Positions 28,177 through 42,556 of a stretch of 64,000 bases of DNA are shown here, one piece after another (position 1 is the first letter of the stretch; each line of letters opens with the position of its first letter). A program made the position numbers and the translations under genes. The notes beneath the pieces are model-generated. The model had not been told where the DNA came from. It was given only the letters and a program-made list of their open reading frames with translations, and did not search any database. This stretch comes from Diadema antillarum (lineage: Eukaryota), in contig NW_027271507.1 of assembly GCF_040938485.1 (NCBI RefSeq), positions 1,798,001-1,862,000 of the forward strand, read 5' to 3'.

Positions 28177-29588
28177 CATGAAACCTTTTCTGGGTAGGTT
28201 TTCATAACAACCTATCCATTCATGTGTGAAAGGGTGTGTCCACTGACAGACCCCTGATACACTATTGTACAACTACCCCACCGGTATGTGTGTGCTCCTG
28301 ATCCCAACCCCTTAGATCAGTGGTTACAATTCATGCATATGATCGGCACACTGTGCGTCATTCTGTCTGGACTAGTGTGCATGCCTATTGAGTTTATCAG
28401 CAGAATCTTACCATGAGAGTGTCTTCTTAACAGAAAGGTTATCGGAGGACGTTGCCGCAATAATGTCAGGGTAATGTTGGGGTAACTACCCTAGCTGGCC
28501 TTGGGTAGAATTTGGCAAAAGTTACCATGAAAACACATATATGAGCAACATTTTGCAAGGAGCATCTTGTAACAGGCAGGGTAAATAAAGATTGTCCGGA
28601 TGTTGTTGCAGTAACTCTGGTTTGAAAGGCTCTGTTAAAACAATGTTTTATTGAAGCGATGGTGGCTGAAAGGAAAGTAGAGGTTTGTAGAGAACTCAAT
28701 CTCTTGTTAAAACCCATTATTTACAGCAAATTCCTCCCTTTCCTGATGTGTTGCCCCACCCCCACCACCACCACCACCACCTACCACCTGAAGCATACAG
28801 CTGTACTTGATCCAATTTCATTCAGATCATTTGTAATTGGGGCTATGATTTATACTTTGATTTGTACCAAAAGCTCAATTTATGCATTGAATTCCGAAAC
28901 CTTTCCTAGTGGAAGAGACAAAATAATACTAACTGTCACAATTCACAACTAAGTTAATCAGAATTCAAGGCCACTCGTACAGTAGTTCCCCTTTTGAAGC
29001 TGTAGCATGGATTTGCAATCCAATTAAACTCAGCCCGTAGAAGTGCAAGTACAAACCATGTTCAAATTGACTTTGAAACAAAGAAAAAATGAAACAAATG
29101 GAATGGTAGAAGTTTTGTCAAAATCTTACCAAAGGTAAAAAAAGGCACTTTAAATGGAGATTCACTTATTTTCGTATAAGAGTAGCAGCCACACTCAAAA
29201 TGATTTGTGGACAAGGCAATAATGACACAGACTCACTGTCTATCTATGACCAAAGTATTTTTACCTTTTTTGTGTGTGTATAGAATAAAAAAAAGATAAT
29301 GTTGTCATTTGTGCTGAAATTTTGTGATATGTTGTAATAACCTGTCTATGATGACTTTGAGGGGGAAAAGGCTTGTAGTTGCCAAATTGTGGATGAAAAA
29401 TGTGTGTTTTCATTTTTTTTTTTTTTTTTTGTGTGGTTATATTTATATCACAAATGAATAGTAGAGATTAGTTGACAGTTGATGACACAATCATGGCAGC
29501 TATTTTTCATATGAAGTTTGTAACTAATATCACTGTCGGGTGAAAATGTGTAGGATTTAATAATTCCCCAAGAAAGTTTTCCAGTATA

Positions 29589-29795
29589 CTGTAAAACGAG
29601 AAATGTTCGCGTGCATTTTAATTTCGCGAATTTTGCGAGCGCCAAGATTGGCGAAATTAAAATGCACGCGAAACCTCTTATCTACACTATATGCATTGAA
29701 TGCAAGAGGCAATTCGCGAAAATTTCTTGCCACGAAAAAGGCCGTCAGCTCCAATTCGCGAAAATTTCGTGCCGCGAATATATCATGTTTTACAG
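29589..29795. mobile_element. 207-bp TA-TSD MITE, copy 2 (inverted)
   Basis: TA|CTGTAAAAC...GTTTTACAG|TA. Confidence 0.85.
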
Positions 29796-32700
29796 TATCC
29801 GATTCACAAAGCTTCTTCAATTCTGCTTTAAGAATTTACTTGTGTGTTATACAGTTGTAGTCAAGTCGACCATAGTGTGGAATTACATGTGTGAGTGCGA
29901 GAAAAAGACATCAATACTACATCCAGAATGACTGCGGTGGACAGCCACATCCCCAATGTTTATTCAGCAGAGTACCATCAATTATGGTGGCAATAAATGA
30001 CAAGCTTGCAGTTCAGCCTAGTATGTAATACCACATAGCTACAGTGTGTGGGTGGAAAGAGGTGCAGCCAGTGTGAAGCTGAAGTCTTTTTCTCTTGTGT
30101 CCTAGTGTTCAGAGTCATCATGATTCAATGGTGCTCGCCCAAAGTCAGAGACAGTAAAAAAAAAAAAAGATTCTCTTTTCACTTCGAAATAATGATCCAT
30201 CATTTCTATGGAGGTTAGAGCTGAAACATACCTTTTCTTTAACCCCATGCATGAGCTGCCATCAAATCCATGGCACCCCCCCCCCTCCATTTGTGCTTAA
30301 GCCTGTACACTGCAATATGTCAGTAATCAAACAATCACAAAAACATGTGGAATCCAAATATTTCCTGCTGCACCCTTTAGAACTACTATTTCCAGCACCA
30401 GTGAAGAATACACTTGGCACAATGTTCTGTGGTTGTTTCTAGACTTGAAAGGGAACAATTTTGTACAACAAGAATGTGTAATCTACTCACAGTTGGAATG
30501 TTCTCTTGAGACAAATGATTCATTCCTTCAGCAGTAGAGAATTGTCTCTGTGCCAAGTTTGATGTTGTATGTTGGTAGTACCAAGAAGGCTCATAGCACA
30601 CTGAAAAACAAGGAAAAGTGCATGTTGGAGTGACCTCGTGGCATGTTTTGATAGTGGTGTTTTTTTTTTGTGGGGGGGGGGAGGGGAGGGGTGTGCTATT
30701 CCCAGCATAAATACAGAGTTATTAATATTTTTGTTAATTTGCAATCACTTTTTGTAGCAAGATGGCTAATTGTATTTGTGGCTGTCCATGGCAAGGCATG
30801 TTGAATTGTAATATTCCTTGAAATGTGCAGGTCACAGAGCTATGCATCAATTCGGGTGCAATGTACAGATATTTTCATACATGGTAAAGGTAATGTCTGT
30901 TAGTTTTGTATTGATTTAGTAAGCATCCAATCTCCCTCTTTATACAAAATCTAATTGTAATTTTCAGTTGATAGGTCCTTTGTGAGCTTTGTGTGGAAGA
31001 TATTGTAACTTTGTTTCATGTTGAATGATTGCCACAGTGTATGATGCACTTACACCGTACATGTCAGAATTCAATCATTGTATTTACGTCCAGACAGTAG
31101 CTGTATAATACTGGCTCTGCACAGAAATTCAGCTATTTGGGCATTATGTTTTACTATTTCACATTATTATCTGGGTTTGTTTTCTTTCTTTTTAGTTGTT
31201 TCATGTTTGAAAATGATTGGATGTGTTGCTTATAATCAGTACCAATACTATGTACATAAATTTCAAAGTACTATTGCACCATGGAGCTACAAGTGTAGCT
31301 CCATGAGTACACTATAACATTAGTTCATTTTGATATTTGGTATAGTGTAAAACTTACAACTAGTACAACAGATGCAAGTGAACAACAAAAATGCCTTTAA
31401 TATTTAAAAAATGTAACAAACCCAAAATACATGCTTGATCATAGAACTTGACTGGTCAGCTGTCGCATTATTTTTTATTTAAAAAAAAGGCAGATTTTAG
31501 TAAGGCCATCATGTACAATCTGTATTGAAATTTACTCCACACCAATAATGACAATCTTCACTCATTACCAAGCATGACTTGTGGATATGTAAAGTGTACA
31601 TGTACATGCTCTGGTGTGGATTATCCAGTTGACACATGATTAACCGCAGAATACAAATTTGTATGATTGAGACATGACACTGATAAGAGAGTTTGTACAA
31701 TTTTGGAGAACAGAAAACGACTGAAGCACTGCTGTGTCTGTGACGCTATCACCCACAGTGAGGCCCCTCACAACTCATGCTAATCTGGCCATATCAGATT
31801 CCTGGGAGCAATTTCGTGGATCCTGTATACAACTTCGCTGTGGCAGCACAAATGTTCGGCCCTGATTATTGATGCATGGCTCCAATTTAGCTGCTTAGAG
31901 CATGGAGCATTCAAAACGGAGTGTCAGACTGGGCAGCCATTCATTGTTTTTGTTTTGTTTTTCTCCAAAGTGACTTTCAATAGCAGCCAGTCTCTCATAC
32001 TGTCAAGGACAGGTCAGAGATAATTAGATTTGGTATCACATTCATCATGATCAAATAAAAGAAACCACAATCCCATGTTTCTCATGTACAATCTAACATT
32101 GATTTCACCTTCTCTTATCTGGACCTTTCCTGCTCGACAGACATTTGATACTAGTGCAAAAATGTTACAAAATACAAATCTTGGAGCTGCTTTGATATCA
32201 TATGCAGTATATCGCTTGCATAGAAAAGACGTGAAAGAAAAAGTGGACTTTGATGTTCATGTACCACTTGTACACAGTGTGTGATGCAAAGTGTTTTACA
32301 TGTTAGAAGGTAAGAATAAGATTGTTTTTTTTTTTTTTTTAGCAATGCCAGGTCTTCAAATTTATCCCACAGACTGTTTCAGTATAAGGTGACCATAAAG
32401 TAATTTGGAATTACATTGTAATATGTGGGCTTTATCAGCTATAGTTTTCATAGGAAGTAGTATAAGATTAGAGAAAGGATGTTACATCTACTTTAATGCT
32501 GATTTAAACACATATATTTAGCTCTCTCTTTTTTTAAACTTTAGTTGTTTTTGTGCACACACACAAGACGAAACAAACATGAATATATACAATGTACATA
32601 TAATGTTTGTGTGAAAAAGAAAGAATCCATATTACGCATGGAGTCTTGGATGATAGTGATCACATGATGTATCAGTTCCTCTCAGGCAGAGAAACTGGTC

Positions 32701-33333
32701 AATACAAAGTAGACCAGTTTATGAACTATGTGTGGTATATTAAAAATTATGAATGTACCAGGCCAGTTCACTCCACCATATATTGGTTTAATTCTATTTC
32801 AGTCACCAGAACTTGATAGGCAAATGTGACTAGATTTGGCAAGCCTAATGCAACCTCTGGAGTTACCATAATCTCTGTTGCCTGAGTTTTGCTTATCATT
32901 ATATTACAAAGTAAAGGATGAATCTGTTATCACAGCATATAATGTTGTTTTGTTAAAAAACAAAAATAAAAACCCATCAGAATAGCATGTTTCTTAAAAT
33001 GCTTTTAGTTCTTTAATAGAGAAAGCAATAGGGCAGGTGCCACAAACAATGTAACATGCATACAGGAATACAATTGACTGCTGTAGTTATTATCATTACT
33101 CTTATTATCAGTTTGTCTTACATCGATATTGGTAATGATTCTCATAATCGTATCATCTGTATTGTCATCACCTTCATTACTATGATTCTTTTATTTCCCC
33201 TCCTCTTTTGATGAACGCTGTTTCTTCATTTTCACATAAAACTCAACAGCACACATTGTAACATTATGTAGTTTCTTTCTTGACAAGTGTTGGCCCCATC
33301 TGGCTCTTGTGGCTCACAATCAGAATGGCTTAC

Positions 33334-33425
33334 TTAACCCATTGAGGACGGGCTGATTTTGCTCCAACATGCATTTCCCATAGACACTTGCCCGAGTATA
33401 CTTGAGACTTGTCCTCAAGGGGTTG
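33334..33425. mobile_element. ~90-bp piggyBac-like mini-MITE
   Basis: TTAACCCATTGAGGAC...GTCCTCAAGGGGTTGA. Confidence 0.65.
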
Positions 33426-35315
33426 ATGTAGCATATTTTCTCTTGTAGTACTGTATGATGTGATAGGTATTATGTTTGTTGTACTTTCATTGGTGATGGT
33501 TTGCTTTTTTCATCTATAGGCAAATGCTCCACCATGTTTAGGCCCTTTTGCAATCCTTGCACCCCCCCCCCCCTTGTCAACTTCTTTAATCTTTTAAAAG
33601 GAAGAAGATGTCTGAGTAATTCCATACTGGTGATGAAAGAGAGAAAGAGAGAGAGAATATGGGATAGGTAGATATAAAGATAGACAACTGGTGCATTGCC
33701 TGTATTTAAATATGAAAAAATAGAGAAGGAGGAGGGGGTCAAGAGAGGCTGTAAGGGAAGGAGTGAGAGAATCAGATGGAGGGAGAGTGTTGCATGAGTC
33801 AGCCCCAGTCAGGCATCTCTGTCATGTGATGTCATGCCAGTCACGCTGGTGACATTCATCTCCATGGGGACCTCAGCATTCCTGCCTTGGATAAACATAT
33901 CTGTCTCTTCTCTATAATGAGATTCTCTATCATACCCTCCCCTCCCCCCCCCCCCAAAAAAAAAAAAAAAACACACACACACTCACCCTGTTCCTGTAGT
34001 TGGGTGCAGAAAAAGACCAATGAATTACGAAGTTTATACATGATGTATCATATTGAAAACAAGCTATGTTAATTCTATTCAAAATCAGTAGACCTGTAGT
34101 CTACAGTGGCAGTATGCCATAAGTTACATAAAGAAGAAAATGAAAAGCCTACCAAGACTTATTTCATTTGTTTTTATGCAAATGTATAAATGCAATTTTC
34201 CTGATATCTTTGTGAAGCAGAAAGAAAAGAAAAAGAGACAAATCATATGAATAAAGGCCATTTAAGCTGAAAAGTATCATCCTTATTCACCAGTAAATAT
34301 GTAGGTTAGGATTTGCATTTTGGTGAGATAAATGTAGAAGGCATCGAACATCTATGAAGCAGAATCAAATCATGTGGCTGCAATGGCCATCTTGATCCCA
34401 ATCAGTAATTAGTTTGAATGACCAGTGATGATTTCCTCTCTTATGGAAGCACATCTGCTGCAGAAGCTAGTAAAAAGCACCAACAACAACAATTACATAT
34501 TCCTCTGTTAAACATGGGACATCAGTGAAAATTTATGGAGAAAATAGTACATTGTTGGGCACTTATCTATTGTTCAGATTTAGCTCTCAGTGTCGTAACG
34601 TACAGGCTAACCTTGGTAAGGTAGTGTAATTATTGGATTAATATACTGCAATGGTACAACTACATACAAGCAGTTGAGTATTGTGACTTGAAGTGACTTT
34701 GATGGTATTTAGTGATAACTACTTGAGTCATATCATTCAACTTTATACAGTGATGTGTAATAAAGTCAATTTGATTTCATGTTTCTGCATGCATATCATA
34801 TACCTAGTGGAGCATTGCTTAATTACTAATGTTCAGAGTGAGACATACACACATCTGCACATAATTAGATGTTATTCAGAATGTAATATTGCACTTGTGC
34901 AATGATGCATGTCTTAACTCCTAAGAGGAGACCTCCATTTCAAAAAAAAAAAAAAAATGTTTTAATAATCATTGTCCCTGCTTTGCATACCTGCCCTAGC
35001 CCCTGAACCTGAATGGCACAATTGAATGTTTCTCCATGAGCCATGCCATTACCTCTTTCAGTGACATGAAAATGTACTCCGTCACCTTACAATGCAAAAT
35101 GCATAGCCATCCATTTCTGTGTAATTATATGAGTGCCATTGCTGCGCATAATTCAACCATCGTTTCTTTCTTACACTCATCCCGTTGCCTGAATGCAGGT
35201 GGCCCACGGGGGCAGCATGATGCTCACACACCCAGAATGACCGACTCGGATTCCATTTAGCGCAGCACGGAGGCCGTTCCCCCGAGTGCTTAGCAGTCCA
35301 CGCATCGCTGGCACC

Positions 35316-35369
35316 ATGAGTGAACAGGAGAGACCCAGGAGCAGGTCTGCCTCACGCTCCCCTAGACAG
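35316..35369 (+). CDS. ALMS1: ALMS1 coding exon 1 (MSEQERPRSRSASRSPRQ)
   Basis: GCACCATGA start context, an in-frame upstream stop, and donor CAG|GTGAGG in phase 0 matching the next exon. Likely acceptor for the UTR part at 35199. Confidence 0.65.
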
Positions 35370-38300
35370 GTGAGGATCAGTGCACTTTAGGGATGTACAC
35401 TGTATGACCCTATCCTTCTGTCATATTTGAAAATGAATCAATTATGAATTTTGCCTTATGAATGGTCCGAGCAAAATATACTTCATGTGAAAAAGATACT
35501 AATTGCCCATTGCCTTTCAATAGCAAGACTTTGGAATCCTTAGGATCACAAAGTTTTGTTGAGAATTTAAATTGTGAGAAATGTATTTTGTTGAAATATA
35601 GTGATTCATTCATAGTATGGCTTGTAAATGGCTACTAAGTATTCAGTGAAAACAGTATTCATTCAATTTTCATTCATTCAGTGTTTGAATGAAGTTCAGG
35701 TTAGGCCATTATATCATGTAGTGGTTTTGTAGGCAATGCCTACCTTTGTGCAAATTGTCCAACATTTATCCATCAAAACCCCAATGAGCTATTAAGATAT
35801 TTTTATAAGTGGTACCTCCTGGATAAGAAAGCTTGGAGAAGCCTTGCACAAAGAATCTTTCTTATCAACCGTATAAACTAGCCGCCCTTTTGCATGGAGT
35901 AGCTAGAAACACCCATTATGTACTTCCATGCATGAAATTTATGCTGCCCTGGTCATTAACCTGTATCCACCAGTGTCGTTATGCAATTTAGAAGCTGTTG
36001 GTGCCAGAGACTATATATTTCATGCACATTTACTTAACTGTGCTCTCGTAACTTCAAATTGATATCACAGACATCTTTGAGGAGGAAACTTTATGAAGAA
36101 ATGTATATCAATTGAAAGAGAAATTAATTGTCTTCACTATAGGAAGTAAATCAGAGTCCTTTGATAAATTATGTGACATTACATTTTATATAAATATTTG
36201 CATGTACATGAAATACAAACTATAAATAACCATATTGCTTTAATTCAAAAGAAACCACTCATGAAAAAAAACAAGATCTTATAAAGGAAAGACAATCATA
36301 ATTTTTGAAATCTTCATGATGTAGGCTTTCCAAGGGTATACCACTCTAGTGTGGTCTTACTCACTTATCTATAGATGGGACTACAGTAAGATATGTATGC
36401 ATATGGCATTGTTTGATCTCATTTTACATGTAGACCTATTCCGTTAGCTGTAAACTTCCAATACTTTAAAAGTGAATGCCAATCCAAACAATAGAGATAG
36501 GGAGCGAGACAAGGGACTGTGGGATATTGGTCAAAGTTTGAGGGCTATAAAAACTCTATAAATGACATCATTGTCTTAAGTTATTTGTGCTACGGATTAT
36601 CCCGTAGTTTGGTGATTGCAGCGTTTTTGCAATGCTTAGGCATAATTTATGATGTATCAGTCTAAATCTTGGTCAAATTCTGTGTACTGCGTACACAACA
36701 ATGCTATCACTCATACAGTCATGTTTTTGCAATGTTAGTCAAATTGTACAATGTTTGTACTGTGTAGCTCCTTTATTTCAATCTGCTTGGTGGGTTAATT
36801 GTACTGTTCGTGTGATGCATTTTGTTCCCTACGGTATTTCATTGTACTTTTAAACAATAGTTCTGTATTGAACAGTTTGAAATTAAACATTGATATTCAC
36901 TTGATTTACGGGTTATTCATGAATGAAGTAAATCCTTTTCTAGATATTTTAAGGCACCCAAGCAATACTTGAGGTTCATAAAAGAAGTATAATGTGTATC
37001 CATTTTTCAATTTATCTGGTGTAGATGCTTCAGATCCCAGTCCTTTTAGTACTAGGTTTGTGTCATGCACATACTTTGTAGCTGTAATTATTGTATTTTA
37101 TACTTGACATTTACATTTAATTGCCTGCGCCTCAGCTCTGATTATTTTTTTTTTTCATGTGACAGCCGTATGAAGTATTGTCAAATGGTAGTGAGCAATC
37201 ATGCCAACTTGATATGTTTTTCATTTTGGCTTTACCCACACTCCTTGGATGTAAATACTTTATGCTTCTTTTGTTTCGTCATAGGACTCCTGGTATACTT
37301 TGGTCCAGGAGGAGGTCCTGGTCTCATCACCGTGCCCTTCACCACGGTTTTCTGGCTCTGGAAGCAGCAGTCGAGCGTCGTCCAAGGCCAGCAGTGTGTC
37401 TTCCACTCCAAGGAGAACCCAGCATCCACCTACCTCATCAACGACGACTGCTGCTAGTGATGGTCACTCATCTACTCTTCAGAACTCTACTCTTTCCCAG
37501 TATCCATTAGAGGAAGAGTCCCCTGTCCTTGTGGTATCAGGTGGGACTGGTGTGTCTACTGCCGGGCAGGAACACGCTAGTGCAGATGCCCACCGAGATG
37601 TCATTTCACCTCTCGGGGGAGTGACTAGGGATGATGGTAGGCCTGCAGATGACCTGTCGCCGATACCTCCACTCAATCTTGCAGCCCACATGGACTCTCA
37701 GGAAGGAGATATGTTGAGACCACCCGCTGATGACTCTGGAGGCATCACGAAAGAGATGTCTCCATTTGTGGAAGATGACGAAGGCACCATGATTAGCAGT
37801 GATACCGATATTCCTATTCCATTCTCGGATGCTGATGAGAATGACGGCAGTACCTCGGAAGGTGCGGGAGGGTTTGGTGGAAGTATGGTCAAAGATGCTG
37901 TTCAAGAGGCAATTGCTGAAGTTTCAGCTGACCTGGTTAGTGGAGCACTCTCCATGTCCATATCACATCATGAAGTGGACTCTGCCACTGAGCAAGAAGA
38001 ACTTAAGGATGATGCAAATGTTTTTAATCTTCCTCCAAAGAGTGCAGTTCAGGAGATTGATGACACCCTGGATTCAGCTGCAACAACGCCATGGCAATCT
38101 GAAGGAGTAGAGCAAGCAACACCTTCTCCAGTTGAGCCTGCACAAAGAGAAGGGAATGGATCGACATCGGTTGAAAATCAGGAAAGTCTGTTGCCAGGAG
38201 AAGATAGAGAAACAGGATTAACAGATGCTGTACGCACTGACAGAGACAGTCTTAGGGCAATAGTTATAAATGAATGTGTTGATGGTAGAGCTGAAGTTGC

Positions 38301-41300
38301 GTCAAGGGAATCAGATAGTGAACATCTTGCCCTGCCTGACTATGACTCTGGCCACATTACTTCCACTCACTTCGAGAGCAGTGCCCAGTCAGCTCACCAT
38401 GAACAAACTGAAGTGACACCTCAAACCCAGTATCAAAGAACCTCTGTTGAAAGTCATTCAAAAGACTCCTTAGATGCCAAATACTTATCTCCAACAGAGG
38501 TGGATATTCATCAAGATGCCCAGTCTTACATCCAATACCCCAGAGATCTGCAGAGCTCACCTCATCACATCGGCCTCTCAAGTGACGAAAGCTACGCAGG
38601 TGATGGTCGACATGACAGAAATCTGGACAGGCATGAAAGGACCACTGGCATACACTATGCTAAAAGAGATCAGGAGAGTGAAGGAGATCTGCTGGCAAGG
38701 AGGGTGGCACTACTCCTCCAGGTCAATGGAGATTTTGATGCAGAAATTGCAAAATGTACAGCCACCCCATCAAGGGCTTTGTCTGGCAGTATGTCGTCTT
38801 CGGTGACAGGTAGCCCTGACAGCATAGAAGAAGCCAATCTTCCTCTTGGCATTCTCTCAAGAGATGCCAGTGGTTCACCAGCAGCCCATAGGAGAGGAGA
38901 TGGTCAGTCGTTGCCTGCAACATCTAGGACAGACTCCAGTGGGAGCTCTACGGACTCGCTGGCAGAGCATGTCAGGCGCCTTCTGCAGGAATCTGAAAGT
39001 TTGCGCAGACTTCATGAGGCAGGTATCGACACCCAGCAGCTCCTCAATATCCAGGCTGAAGTTGGCAAGAGTTCTCCAACCATATCTGAGGCGAGCACAT
39101 CAAGCTCAGTGCGAGATATCATTAACAGAGTGGTGAGGCGTTCAAGGACCGGTAGTGAGAGTGATGATGGTTTTCAGCTGCAAGAGGAAGGCCACTTGAC
39201 ACCCTCTCCACGTATGCCAGTCAGTGCTGGAAGGCCGGTTGGAATCACAGGTTCACGGTCACGAGAAGATTCTGGGCTTAGTGACAGCAGCAAGATTACA
39301 TTTCAGCAAACATTTCAATCCAGTCGTGCCAAGGAAGGGGCTCATTCAGTAGATTCACATCACTCTTCTGAGAGCACTCTCACCAGGGACTCATTGTCAC
39401 AGCGAGTTCAAGAGCTTCTCAGTGTTGTTGGTGAAGGTGTAAGTCAACCATCTGTAGCACCCAGTGGTAGTCTTTCTAAAGAAGATCTGATTGCCTTGAT
39501 GCAAGTGGCTGAACTGGAAAGAAAATTGAGTGAAGGGTATGTTCCATCACAGAGGTCCTTTTCTCCAAGATCAACACAGAATTCTCGCATGTCATCCGTA
39601 AGGGATGGTGTCAGCAGTTCTGTTTCTGGAAAAGACACTTCTGTTGCTAGTGCTGATTCGTTAGCACTTCGGGTCCAGGCTATCCTTGGTAGGGAAGCTC
39701 CAGGTGAAAGAGTGGATCGGATAATATCTGAGGCACTTAGTGCTGCAGAAAGGAGTCAGTCTCAGTCACCTTTAGGGAGCAATTATTCTAGCCCAAAATC
39801 CCATAAAACTCCCTCTCCGCGAGATGTCCAAGATCCCTCCACAGTTCCAAGTTTGGGATCTGTAGCCGACCTGGTTGAGCGGCCATATGGAGCATTTGAT
39901 CACGCTCGAGACATGCTGACTCTGCACCTGCAGCGCCTCACTGATCGCACATTTGATCACAGTGTAGAGATGGGCACACCCTTTCAACAAGATACCAATG
40001 GCAATGTAATGAATATGAAGCAGTATAGTCCTCAAACACTTCAGTCATCACAACAACGGTCTCATCATGAATTCCAAACACCCTCTTCACATTCAATAAG
40101 CAAGCCGATCTCCTCTGAACATGTGTTTTACGGACTCTTGCCAGAACAAATACCTGGCAATGTGCATATGGATCATGATCAAAACTTAGGCGAATTTCAT
40201 CCATTGCCAATGGAGCATTCACCAGCAAAGCAGAAACCATGGCAAAGAGATCTACCCCAGCAGTACCATCCATATCAGAGGTCTCCTAGTAAAGGGCAGC
40301 GTCCCAAAAATGAAAGTCTGCGAAGAGACAATAGCAGTGACCTGGATGACAGCCTGTTTATCATGGCAAGATCAAAATCATCACCAGAGATCAAGGTGGA
40401 CAAAAAGCTTTTTCCTGGAGTAGAGTCATTTGCTCCTTCTCACCAGCGTTCCGGTTCTTGGGGGAGGCAGTCACAATTCCAACAGATGAAGCAACCTCTA
40501 CCTGGTAGCAAACTCCCTGTTCCTTCACGCAGTGATGCAGTGCATGGGAAGACCTATTCACAGGAGCAACAGTATCCCAGTCGTCCAGCCTCCCAGACTC
40601 CACAGCATCTGCCCTCCCAGCAGCCGCAGAGTCCAACTGCTCGTGAGATGTACAGTACCAACAGTTGGCCACGGTCCCTCTCCAAGTCCAGGTCCTCCAG
40701 TGGGATTACCACCCAGGGCCAAAGCCCTGGATCACCATCAAGGCAGAGCCTCACAAAGGATCCCTTTGTGACAGATGGGTTCCTGAAAGCATACAGACCT
40801 CCAGGTAGCTCAGAGGTTATCTACACATATCCCGTTGATGGACAGGGAGTGAGGGCTACCCATGGCTCTCCAACCATGAGCTCTACCACCATGGAAAGCA
40901 CTCACACAGGTTTGTTGGCCCCATATTCATGGGATTAAAGGGGGAGGCTAGTAAGTGATCAGTGGGAATCAGTGGAAATGCTGGGAGATGATTGTTCCAA
41001 TCCTTATTGGATTCATTCAAGAGTTCATTGTATATCTATTGTTGTGTGAAAATGATTTGCTTCAGAACGGTCTCATATTCAAATAATGTGCAGATTAATG
41101 CTCCGTCACTGACCAGGGACGCTAACCTGGAAGCATTAAACTACACATTACTTGAATATGAGACCATTCTGAAGCAAATCATTTCCACACAACAATAGAT
41201 ATACAATGAACTCTTGAATGAATCCCATAAGGATTGGAACAATCATCTCCCAGCATTTCCACTGATTCCCACTGATCAGTTACTAGCCTTCCCCTTTAAG

Positions 41301-42514
41301 TCATATGCAACGATCAGCATGCCGGTTTCATAGTTAGGCATATTTTGATTTCTTTAATTTTCCTCTCTTTTTTTAGCCTCACTGCTGAATGCCACATTAT
41401 TCAAATGATGCACAGATAGGAATTGTGCACGTAAGGTAACTATGAGATGCTTAACCCACAAGGCAAAACTTAGTGGATTTATGCTAACTTCCATAGATAC
41501 CGCATACACACTATTCCGACTGATGCACAAAAATCATCTGTTTTATTGAACGGAAAACAAATTTCTATGCCAGAAATAAGTTTTTAGCTCACCTGAGCCA
41601 AAGGCTCAAGTGAACTATTGCGTTCGCTCTTCGTCTGGCGTCCGTCGTCCGTTGTCCGTCATCCGTCGTCCGTCGTCTGTCGTGTGTTGTGCGTAAACCT
41701 TTTACATTTTCATCTTCTTCTTGAGAACCCCATGACCGATTTTTACCAAACTTGGCAGTTAGCATCCCTAGGGGGATAGGATCTCAATTTGTTCAAGTTG
41801 TCACCATGTTCCACCTGAGGGGCCCCTGGGGGGCCCCCAGAGGGGCCAAAACCTCCAAAATTAAGGAATCTTAAAAAATCTTCTTCTCTAGAACCAGAAG
41901 TGATAGAGCTAAGTTAATACCATGAGTTGGTACATTGATGATTGTAGTTTTAAGTTTGTTCATGGCGGAATCAGGGGTGCCCCCCTTGGGACCCAGGGGA
42001 GGGGGGTGGGGAGGGTCCTAATGAGGCCCAAATTGTACATTTTCATCTGTTTCTTGAAAACACCATGATGAATTTTCACCAAACTTGGCAGGTAGCCTCC
42101 CTAGGGGGATAGAATCTCATTACCATCATATGGGCACCATGCCCTACCTGGGGGCCTAGATTGGGGCTAAATTGTAAATTTTGATCTTTTTCTTGAGAAC
42201 CCCATGATAAATTTTCACCAAACTTGGCAGGTAGCATCCCTAGGGGGATAGAATTCCATTCCCATCATATGGACACCATGCCCCACCTGGGGGGCCCCAG
42301 GGGGCCTAGATTGGGGCCAAAGTGTAAATTTTCATCTTTTTCTTGAGAACCTGGCAATGAATTTTCACCAAACTTGGCAGGTAGCATCCCTAGGGGAATA
42401 GAATCTTAATTCCATCAAATGGGCACCCAACCCAACCCCCATTAAGGAATCTTTAGAGATTTTCTATAGAACCGGAAGTGATTGAGCTAAGTTAATAATC
42501 AGGGGTGCCCCTTC

Positions 42515-42556
<42 letters not shown>

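Noticed and set aside
28158-28185. CTGATGA...GAAAC resembling a hammerhead ribozyme core
   Set aside because: CTGATGA is part of a MITE TIR, and I could not form the required stems.
29448-29931. ORFs sharing peptides such as AKLKCTR and HFNFANF with ORFs at 45463-45988
   Set aside because: These are translations of the same 207-bp MITE, not a protein family.
42516-42554. Long poly-C/poly-G runs (also ~55497-55528 and 8450-8468) as functional G-quadruplexes
   Set aside because: Such homopolymers are common throughout the window, their lengths are unreliable, and nothing else supports a function.
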